NCBI GenBank assembly: GCA_018129965.1
Contig: JAFCKW010000005.1
From: Bradyrhizobium diazoefficiens
Lineage (GTDB): Bacteria; Pseudomonadota; Alphaproteobacteria; Rhizobiales; Xanthobacteraceae
Direction: 5' to 3' (one strand)
DNA: 32,000 nt
The notes under the pieces are model-generated. The model saw only the letters and a program-made list of their open reading frames with translations. It made no database searches and had not been told where the DNA came from. Position 1 is the first letter of the stretch. Each line of letters opens with the position of its first letter. This document shows positions 25,565 to 32,000 of this stretch, one piece after another. Position numbers and translations under genes: made by a program.

Positions 25565-26680
25565 TCAGGTTTTATTCTGTGCCCTTAGCGACAGTTCGGA
25601 CAGCACTTCCTCCGTGTGTTCGCCGAGGCCAGGCACGCCCCGCGTCGGTCCCGGATGGTGGCCGTCAATAATCAAGGGTTGCGCGACATAGCGGCGACGC
25701 CTGCCATCGCTGTCGGCCACCTCGCCGAACAGCCCTCGTTCGATGAAGTGCGGGTCGGCCGCGACTTCGTCAATTGCGCTGACGGGACCCCAGGGGATCC
25801 CCGCGGCGTCAAGCTTGTCGGCCCATTGGGCGCGTGGCGCGGCGGCGATAGCCTTGCCGATGCGCGCAACCAGTTCGACTTCCCGTCGGGTTCGTTGCGC
25901 GCGTTTCAGATCAGCGACGTCCTCCATGCCGATCAGCGTGCAAAGCGGCCGCCAGAACCAGTCCTCATGCGCGATCGACAGCGACAGCAGCTTGCCGTCC
26001 TGGCATTCGAACAGACCATAAGCGGGCTCTGCCGCGATGTCGGCGAGCGGCTCGCCGTTCATCGCCGGGCCAACCATGACCGACATCCACGATACCAGCC
26101 CGTCGGTCATCGACACGTCGATATACGCCCCCTTTCCCATGCGCGCGCGCGCCAGCAGCGCCGCAAGCACGCCGAGCGCCGCAAACATCCCCGATGAAAG
26201 GTCGCCAACCGCGATATCGCTCGGAAGCTGCGTCGAACGCGTTGCGGCCTGGGCGTGCAGGAATCCGGCGAGGGCCTGGTAGGAGAGATCATGGGCGGGC
26301 CGGTCGCGGTAAGGGCCGGTCTGTCCGAAGCCGGAGATCGACGCATAGACCAAACTGGGATTGATCGAGGCCATCGCCTCATAACCCAGCCCCAGCCGCT
26401 GCATGGTGCCGGGCCGAAACCCTTCCAGCAGGACGTCGGCAGAAGCGACGAGATCCCGGAACCGCTGCTTGTCGCCGTCCGCCTTGAGATCGAGCGCCAC
26501 CGAGCGCTTATTGCGATTGAGCGCGGCATGGAACGCCGGAAACTGCCGCGCGGGATCTCCGATGCCCGGACGCTCGACGAGGATGACGTCGGCCCCAAGA
26601 TCGGCCATCAGAAGCGTCGCGTAGGGCCCGGGATATTGCTCAGCCAGGCTGACAATACGAATACCCTCGAGCTGCAACAT
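25565..26680 (-). CDS. Family III (CaiB/BaiF) acyl-CoA transferase
   Basis: LEGIRIVSLAEQYPGPYATLLMADLGADVILVERP N-terminal signature, RNKRSVALDLK, and the DIAVGDLSSGMFAALGVLAAL block with the conserved Asp. Confidence 0.88.
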   Translation of the reverse strand: MLQLEGIRIVSLAEQYPGPYATLLMADLGADVILVERPGIGDPARQFPAFHAALNRNKRSVALDLKADGDKQRFRDLVASADVLLEGFRPGTMQRLGLGYEAMASINPSLVYASISGFGQTGPYRDRPAHDLSYQALAGFLHAQAATRSTQLPSDIAVGDLSSGMFAALGVLAALLARARMGKGAYIDVSMTDGLVSWMSVMVGPAMNGEPLADIAAEPAYGLFECQDGKLLSLSIAHEDWFWRPLCTLIGMEDVADLKRAQRTRREVELVARIGKAIAAAPRAQWADKLDAAGIPWGPVSAIDEVAADPHFIERGLFGEVADSDGRRRRYVAQPLIIDGHHPGPTRGVPGLGEHTEEVLSELSLRAQNKT

Positions 26681-26716
26681 GACGATGTCTCTTCCCCGGA
26701 TGTGCAGAGCCTAAGC

Positions 26717-26744
26717 TTGCAGATTTTATTCGTTGGTCTATAAT
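26717..26744 (+). promoter_or_regulatory. Candidate sigma70-type promoter for the enoyl-CoA hydratase gene
   Basis: TTGCAG (26717-26722), 16-nt spacer, TATAAT (26739-26744). Sits in the AT-rich divergent intergenic region 26681-26804. Confidence 0.35.
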
Positions 26745-26764
26745 TTTACTGACTAAATTATTAA

Positions 26765-26780
26765 TTGACCCAAAAGTCAA
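26765..26780. promoter_or_regulatory. Candidate operator palindrome downstream of the putative -10
   Basis: TTGAC-ccaaaa-GTCAA, a 5-6-5 inverted repeat about 20-35 nt after the TATAAT box. Short arms, so chance occurrence is plausible. Confidence 0.25.
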
Positions 26781-26804
26781 ATACTTGTTGTCGAGGTGAG
26801 AACA

Positions 26805-27611
26805 GTGACGACGTCTAAAAAGATCAAGCCGGAGCAAAGCGTTCTGGTCGAAGTTCGTGCCGATGCGGTATGGATCACGCTCAATCGGCCGACGGCGCTC
26901 AACGCAATTACGCCCGACATGGTGGCGGGAATTACCGCCGCTCTAACGCATGCCGACGATCCGGCGATCAAGGCCGTGGTGCTGATGGGCACCGGGCGTG
27001 CCTTTTGCGCCGGAGCCGATTTGAAATACGTCAATAGCGCGACGCAGGGCGATGCACCCGCCGCGACGCGGTTCCTCGACGCCGTCCTCGACATGATGGC
27101 ACGACTGGAGACCTGTCCGCGGCCGGTCATCGCCGCAGTCAATGGGTTGGCCCTGGCGGGCGGCCTGGAATTGGTGCTGTGCTGCGATCTGGTTATCGCA
27201 GCGCGGTCAGCGAAGCTTGGTGACGCGCATGCCAATTTCGGTCTGCTGCCGGGCGGCGGCAGTTCGGTGCGACTGCCTCGAAAAATCGGTCCGACCCGTG
27301 CGAAATATCTGCTGTTTACTGGCGATTTCGTGCCGGCCGACGATCTGGTTGCCTGCGGTCTCGTCAACGAGGTCGTCGATGACGCCGAACTGACGGCGGC
27401 CGTCGAGCGCCTAGTCGCCAAGCTCGGGTCCAAGAGCTCGCTGGTGCTCCGCCGCATGAAGGCGCTGGTCACCGACGGACTTGAGCAACCAAAGGACGTT
27501 GCTCTCAGGCTCGAATTGCTCGCAAGCGAAGTCCACGCCCATAGCCACGATATGAAAGAGGGACTTGCCGCATTCGAGCAAAAGCGCAAGCCGTCATTCA
27601 TCGGCCGCTGA
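26805..27611 (+). CDS. Enoyl-CoA hydratase/isomerase (crotonase) family protein
   Basis: AFCAGADLK oxyanion-hole motif and NGLALAGGLELVLCCDLVIAARSAKLGDAHANFGLLPGGG. GTG 26805 follows GAGG at about 8 nt. The ORF track uses GTG 26796. Confidence 0.88.
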   Translation: MTTSKKIKPEQSVLVEVRADAVWITLNRPTALNAITPDMVAGITAALTHADDPAIKAVVLMGTGRAFCAGADLKYVNSATQGDAPAATRFLDAVLDMMARLETCPRPVIAAVNGLALAGGLELVLCCDLVIAARSAKLGDAHANFGLLPGGGSSVRLPRKIGPTRAKYLLFTGDFVPADDLVACGLVNEVVDDAELTAAVERLVAKLGSKSSLVLRRMKALVTDGLEQPKDVALRLELLASEVHAHSHDMKEGLAAFEQKRKPSFIGR

Positions 27612-27630
27612 AACGCTTTCTGCGTCTGAA

Positions 27631-28479
27631 TTATCCGAGCCATCGCTTGCGGCGCCGATAGTGCTTGATGCTGCGATAGCTCTTGCGCTCGCCTTCGAGG
27701 TTGAGGCCGAGATAGAATTCGCGGATGTCCTCGTTGGCGCGAAGGTCGGCCGCGTTACCTTCCAGTACGATGCGTCCGTCTTCCATGACGTATCCGAAAT
27801 CGGCGAGGTCCAGCGCGACGCGGGTGTTCTGTTCGACGATGAGCAGCGTCAGGCCATCGTCCTTCAATGAGCGGAGAACGCCGAACACCTCATCGACCAT
27901 CATCGGCGCCAGCCCCAACGACGGCTCGTCGATCATCATGAGCTTCGGATTGGCCATCAGCGCGCGGCCGATCACCACCATCTGCTGTTCACCGCCGGAC
28001 AAATAACCGGTCGTGCGCGACTTCAGCAAGGCAAGGCGCTTGATCCGGTCGTAAACGCCATCGAGCCGCCGCCGCATCGCCGGCGCCGAAGGTTCCATAT
28101 GACCGCCGGCAATCAGGTTTTGCTCAACGGTCAGATGACTGAGGACGCGGCGGCCCTCCATGACATGGACGATCCCGTCGCGGACGATCCTGGCCGGATC
28201 GCCGCCGTCGATACGCAAGCCTTCGAACGAAATCGCCCCCGACGTCACCTTGCCGTCCTCGGTCATGAGGAGGTTCGAGATCGATTTGAGCGTGGTCGAC
28301 TTGCCAGCTCCGTTGCCGCCCAAGAGCGTGACGCAAGACCCCTTGGGCACGACGAGCGTAATGCCCTTCACCGCAAGGATGACGTCGCTGTAGATAACCT
28401 CGACATTGCTGACCTCAAGCATCGACAACTCCGCGGCCGGAGCGCTGTCGCGCTCCGGCTGATTCAGCCGGGTTACCAC
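27631..28479 (-). CDS. Liv-type ABC transporter ATP-binding protein (LivF-like, with basic C-terminal tail)
   Basis: Walker A GGNGAGKST, signature LSGGEQQM, Walker B LMMIDEPSLGLAP and the LIVEQN block. Overlaps the upstream SBP gene end by 7 nt. The alternative start is the ATG of MLEVSNVEV. Confidence 0.88.
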   Translation of the reverse strand: MVTRLNQPERDSAPAAELSMLEVSNVEVIYSDVILAVKGITLVVPKGSCVTLLGGNGAGKSTTLKSISNLLMTEDGKVTSGAISFEGLRIDGGDPARIVRDGIVHVMEGRRVLSHLTVEQNLIAGGHMEPSAPAMRRRLDGVYDRIKRLALLKSRTTGYLSGGEQQMVVIGRALMANPKLMMIDEPSLGLAPMMVDEVFGVLRSLKDDGLTLLIVEQNTRVALDLADFGYVMEDGRIVLEGNAADLRANEDIREFYLGLNLEGERKSYRSIKHYRRRKRWLG

Positions 28480-29702
28480 TTCGCAATCGTGGGAACCGGC
28501 ACGTTTTCAGCAGCGATAACATATTTACCATCCTTGATGGTCGCGACGTTGACGGTCAGGCCCTTGACCGGGAATGGCGCCTCATTCGTGTAAGTCAGGT
28601 TCGGCAGAATGCTGAAAGTCTGATCGGCCGAAATCGGTGTCGTCAGCAGCGCGGTGCGAACCGCCTCGCCAGTGACTTTGTCGGCGCCGACCTTACGCGC
28701 AGCCGCTTCGATCGCCCGGAGTGCGACCAGCGTCTGATTGTAGCCCATGACGCTCGCGACGGACCATGTCGCCTGCGACTTGTATTTTGCGACGACCATC
28801 TGGTGGAAGTCGTGGGCTTTGGTCTTTTGCTCAGTCGGCACGGCCATGCCGTAGACTTCATAGTCGCCTTCCAGGTCCTTCATGCCGCCAACGGCCTTAC
28901 CTGAGGCAATCAGGCCGTTATGCGAACTCATCATGATCGGAATATCGGCCTTGCCGAGCGCCTGCAGCGCACGCTTGGTCGCCACAACCGCGGCCGTGTT
29001 GGTCTGGATATCGATAACTTGCACGCCCTTGCGGATTAGGCGGCCAACCTGGGTGGTCAGATCGGTCGGCTGAACTTCGGTAAAAATGGTCTCGACGATT
29101 TCAGCCTTGTCCGGGTTGTCCTTGGCGAATTTCTCCGCGCCCTTGGCAATATCGACATAAGCCGGTGAGGCTTCCGAGGAAATGATGCCGACTTTCAGCG
29201 GCCCCTTGATGCCGCGGGTGCTGCGGAACCATTCGAAGAACCCGGCAGCCTCATGGCCATAAGTTGGCCGCGGGTTGAAGATCCAGGGATCGCCTTTCCA
29301 AGCGAACCCGTAACCGGCCGTCGACATCAACATGGGCACCTTGTCCGCCGGAAGCCGACCTTGCAGCGCGGCGACGTCAGGTCCCCCGACGCCGAGTACG
29401 GCCACCGGATTGAGTTCGGCCTTGATGCCGGGCCAAAGGCTCGCAGTCTGCGCCGCGTCGTAGCGGCCGTCAAAGTCCTTCATCCCGATCTTGATGCCCA
29501 TTCCCTTGCCGACTTCTTCGTTCCACCAATCGACAGTGGCGCGACGGGCGCCGACAAGGTCCTTCATGATGTCGGCGTAGGGTCCGGTAAAGTCGGCGAT
29601 CGAGGCAATATTGTAGGTTGTCTGCGCCGAAGCGGGCAGCGCGAGTGTGACGACCGCCACTGCCGCGGCGCCTGCGATCCATTTAAAACGTCTGCTCTTC
29701 AT
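28473..29702 (-). CDS. Periplasmic substrate-binding protein of a Liv-type (Leu/Ile/Val-binding family) ABC importer
   Basis: Sec signal peptide MKSRRFKWIAGAAAVAVVTLALPASA|Q. About 380-aa mature protein. Lies in an operon with LivH/LivM-like permeases. Confidence 0.8.
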   Translation of the reverse strand: MKSRRFKWIAGAAAVAVVTLALPASAQTTYNIASIADFTGPYADIMKDLVGARRATVDWWNEEVGKGMGIKIGMKDFDGRYDAAQTASLWPGIKAELNPVAVLGVGGPDVAALQGRLPADKVPMLMSTAGYGFAWKGDPWIFNPRPTYGHEAAGFFEWFRSTRGIKGPLKVGIISSEASPAYVDIAKGAEKFAKDNPDKAEIVETIFTEVQPTDLTTQVGRLIRKGVQVIDIQTNTAAVVATKRALQALGKADIPIMMSSHNGLIASGKAVGGMKDLEGDYEVYGMAVPTEQKTKAHDFHQMVVAKYKSQATWSVASVMGYNQTLVALRAIEAAARKVGADKVTGEAVRTALLTTPISADQTFSILPNLTYTNEAPFPVKGLTVNVATIKDGKYVIAAENVPVPTIAKW

Positions 29703-29764
29703 CTCTACGTCCTCCCGGTTCTGTTATGTTTCATGGACACCGCCCTGCGGCGGCTTCGCTACGT

Positions 29765-30811
29765 TCAGTATGGAAACGGCCATGTCCGATACGACCGCTT
29801 CAGGATATTCCAGCGATGCATCAGACCGCGCGGCTCGAAGATAAGAAATGCTGCAATGACGCTGCCGAGAAACACATTCATCAGGGAAAATACGACATCG
29901 CCGCCGATCGAGGGGAATTGCGAGACGACGGATGGCCCGAGCGACACGAAGGCCTCCTGAATGCATTTGATGACGACGACGCCGACGAGAGCGCCCGTGA
30001 TCGACCCCATTCCGCCGACGATTATCATGGCAATAAACCATATCGAATTGAACAGCGTGAACTGATCGACCGCGACAAAGCGAACGAAATAAGCCCACAA
30101 TCCGCCGCCGACGCCGGCATAGAATGCGCCCACCAGAAATGCGGTCGCCTTGATGGCCACGACATCAATGCCCATAATGCCGGCTGCGACGTCGTCGTCG
30201 CGCACCGCCACGAAAGCGCGTCCGTACCGGCCCCGCACGATGCCGTAAGCGCCAAAGGTCATGAGCGCCGCGACGGCGAGACAGAGATAATAGATCGAGA
30301 TATCCGTCGCGAACGCAAATCCGAACAGGCTGGCAGGGTCGAGCGTCAGGCCGTTCGAACCGCCAAACCATGGCAGGTTCAGAACGAAGAAATGAAACAG
30401 CGCCTGGGCGGCGATCGTCGTCAGCGCCAAGTAGAACCCCTTGATGCGCACCGCCGACAATCCGAAGATGAAGCCGAACACAGCCGCGGAACACCCCCCG
30501 AGCGGGATGGTCAACCAGAACGGAAACCCCAGTTTCGTGGCCAGAAAACCGGTCGTGTAGGCGCCGACGCCCATAAAGGCGGCCTGTCCCAGATTGATCT
30601 GGCCGGCATAACCGGTGGTGACCTGAAGGCCGAGGACGATCACCGACGAGATCAATATCAGTGTCGAGATGGCGAGCAGCCGCGGTCCGAACAGGATCGG
30701 CAGCGCCAGCAGGAAAATCAGAAACAAGGCTAGGGCAATCTGCTGCGGACGCGTCCGCACCAACGCCGCATCGCGCGCAAAACTGGTGGCGAAAATGCCG
30801 GCCGGATCCAT
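29765..30811 (-). CDS. Liv-type ABC transporter permease (LivM-like)
   Basis: 348-aa polytopic membrane protein with GYAGQINLGQAAFMGVGAYT, the typical LivM core motif. Confidence 0.85.
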   Translation of the reverse strand: MDPAGIFATSFARDAALVRTRPQQIALALFLIFLLALPILFGPRLLAISTLILISSVIVLGLQVTTGYAGQINLGQAAFMGVGAYTTGFLATKLGFPFWLTIPLGGCSAAVFGFIFGLSAVRIKGFYLALTTIAAQALFHFFVLNLPWFGGSNGLTLDPASLFGFAFATDISIYYLCLAVAALMTFGAYGIVRGRYGRAFVAVRDDDVAAGIMGIDVVAIKATAFLVGAFYAGVGGGLWAYFVRFVAVDQFTLFNSIWFIAMIIVGGMGSITGALVGVVVIKCIQEAFVSLGPSVVSQFPSIGGDVVFSLMNVFLGSVIAAFLIFEPRGLMHRWNILKRSYRTWPFPY

Positions 30812-30814
30812 CGC

Positions 30815-31708
30815 TCAAACCCTCTCGATCGTTCTCCACCCGAACATTCCGGTCGGGCGGATAAACAAGATGACAAGCATGATCACGAACGGGAATACCG
30901 AGCCAACCGCTCCGCCGACCACCGGGTCGACATAGGCCGTCACGAGTCCCTGCACGGCGCCGACGATCAGACCGGCCAACAAGACTCCGGCGATCGACTC
31001 GAATCCGGCGAGCAGGGCCACCGGCAGCGCCGAAAGCCCGATATCCGACGCCAGGAAATTCAGCGACTTGCCGCTGAGGTAGATGATCGCGCCGAGGGTC
31101 GACAATACGGCGCCCAGCGCCCAGGCGAAAGCGATGGAGCGTTTCACCGAGATTCCCATCGACAACGCGACCTGATGATCCTCGGCGACCGCGGTCATTT
31201 TGAGTCCGGCGCGGGTGTTGTTGAAGAACCACGACAGGCCCAGTCCGACGATCACCGTGATCACGGCGCCGATCAGCAGTGATCGCGGAATCAGGATGTC
31301 GCCGATGATCACCGGCTTCAACGCGAAGATGATCGGAAACGGCCGGACCTGCGGTCCGAATATCAACAGGATGAGGCCCCTGATGAGAATCAGCAGGCCG
31401 ATCGTCACCATCACCATCGCGAAACTGGACTCGCCGACGAGACGCGAAAAAAAGATGCGCTCGATGATAAGTCCGAAAATCGCCGATACCGCCATCGCCA
31501 GCGGAAGCGCCACGAACAGTGGCAGTCCGGTTTGGATGACCATCCACCAGACGATGAAGCCGCCGAACACGACGAGCTCGCCTTGCGCAAAGTTGAACAC
31601 CTTCGACGCGCGGTAGATGACAATGAAGCCCATCGCGATAAGGGCGTAAAGGAGCCCTACCAGCGAACCGTTGACCAGGTAATTCAGAAAGTCGATCGTG
31701 TCGAACAT
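30815..31708 (-). CDS. Liv-type ABC transporter permease (LivH-like)
   Basis: 297-aa polytopic membrane protein. N-terminus FLNYLVNGSLVGLLYALIAMGFIVIYRASKVFNFAQGE is the typical LivH signature. Confidence 0.88.
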   Translation of the reverse strand: MFDTIDFLNYLVNGSLVGLLYALIAMGFIVIYRASKVFNFAQGELVVFGGFIVWWMVIQTGLPLFVALPLAMAVSAIFGLIIERIFFSRLVGESSFAMVMVTIGLLILIRGLILLIFGPQVRPFPIIFALKPVIIGDILIPRSLLIGAVITVIVGLGLSWFFNNTRAGLKMTAVAEDHQVALSMGISVKRSIAFAWALGAVLSTLGAIIYLSGKSLNFLASDIGLSALPVALLAGFESIAGVLLAGLIVGAVQGLVTAYVDPVVGGAVGSVFPFVIMLVILFIRPTGMFGWRTIERV

Positions 31709-32000
31709 TATGACACCCCGGTTATTTTGCGTCGCGGCTGGACCGCCGCGACGGCCAGAGGTGCGGCATCCACGGAATGAACCAGTACGTTGGCTGCCAT
31801 CGTCCCGCGGCGGCCATCCTGGTAGGTGACCGGGATCGAAAGCGCCACGCGATCCTTGCCGGTGTAGAGGCCGTCAATCAACTCTGCATAGCGCTCCACC
31901 AGAAATTCACGTCGTAGCTTGCGCGTCCGGGTCAATTCGCCCTCGTCCGGATCGAGTTCCTTGGGAAAGTTCGCAAAGCGTCGGACCTGGGCGTGAGCCG
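31708..32000 (-). CDS. C-terminal part of an AMP-dependent acyl-CoA ligase of the type encoded within Liv-like transporter operons (5' end outside window)
   Basis: The frame is open to the window edge. Translation ...VRRFANFPKELDPDEGELTRTRKLRREFLVERYAELIDGLYTG... matches the characteristic tail of these ligases as I recall it. The TAA stop shares one base with the LivH-like ATG (TAATG). Confidence 0.6.
   Translation of the reverse strand, partial: AHAQVRRFANFPKELDPDEGELTRTRKLRREFLVERYAELIDGLYTGKDRVALSIPVTYQDGRRGTMAANVLVHSVDAAPLAVAAVQPRRKITGVS

Noticed and set aside
26777-27643. 288-aa minus-strand ORF antisense to the crotonase gene
   Set aside because: Ser/Ala/Arg/Thr-rich shadow of a gene with clear crotonase motifs.
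29726-30733. 335-aa plus-strand ORF antisense to the LivM-like gene
   Set aside because: Shadow ORF. Highly charged, repetitive R/D/E/Q composition, no recognisable domain, and fully contained in a well-supported gene on the other strand.
30165-31547. 460-aa minus-strand ORF overlapping both Liv permease genes in another frame
   Set aside because: The translation is Arg/Gly/Asp/Pro-rich nonsense. The LivH- and LivM-like frames carry canonical permease motifs.
1-32000. Scan for CRISPR arrays, tRNA/rRNA genes, and long direct or tandem repeats
   Set aside because: I noticed no regularly spaced repeats, cloverleaf-like segments or rRNA-like conserved stretches by eye. Repeats longer than about 20 nt could still be missed without a computational self-comparison.

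Overview
All homology calls here come from reading motifs by eye; no searches were run. The window is a high-GC, alphaproteobacterial-looking (Bradyrhizobiaceae-like gene content, inference) accessory region built around two different membrane hydrocarbon monooxygenase systems.

(1) 7351-12001 (+) is a divergent copper membrane monooxygenase operon in pmoC-pmoA-pmoB order. All copper-ligand motifs I can recall are intact. Two co-oriented extra genes follow: a secreted, C-terminally anchored beta-rich protein with PmoD-like architecture, and a lipoprotein esterase. This stretch is visibly AT-richer than its surroundings. My spot counts of single 60-nt lines give 40% GC at 8401-8460, 43% at 7681-7740 and 52% at 10021-10080, against 63% at 18901-18960.

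(2) 12507-22522 is an alk regulon with the same gene order as Pseudomonas putida GPo1. An AlkS-like regulator and a rubredoxin-reductase gene lie on the minus strand, divergent from alkB, a two-domain rubredoxin, an aldehyde dehydrogenase, a GMC alcohol dehydrogenase and an acyl-CoA synthetase. The two peripheral genes, the reductase and the acyl-CoA synthetase, are clearly pseudogenised.

The left flank (3245-7014) holds remnants of at least four IS families around an intact PAS-GGDEF-EAL gene. A FIST / hybrid histidine kinase / LuxR response-regulator signalling set lies at 1-3022. The right part (22554-32000) is ordinary: a CoA-dependent acid-catabolism module and a Liv-type ABC importer with an associated acyl-CoA ligase. 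I recognised no rRNA, tRNA or CRISPR array.
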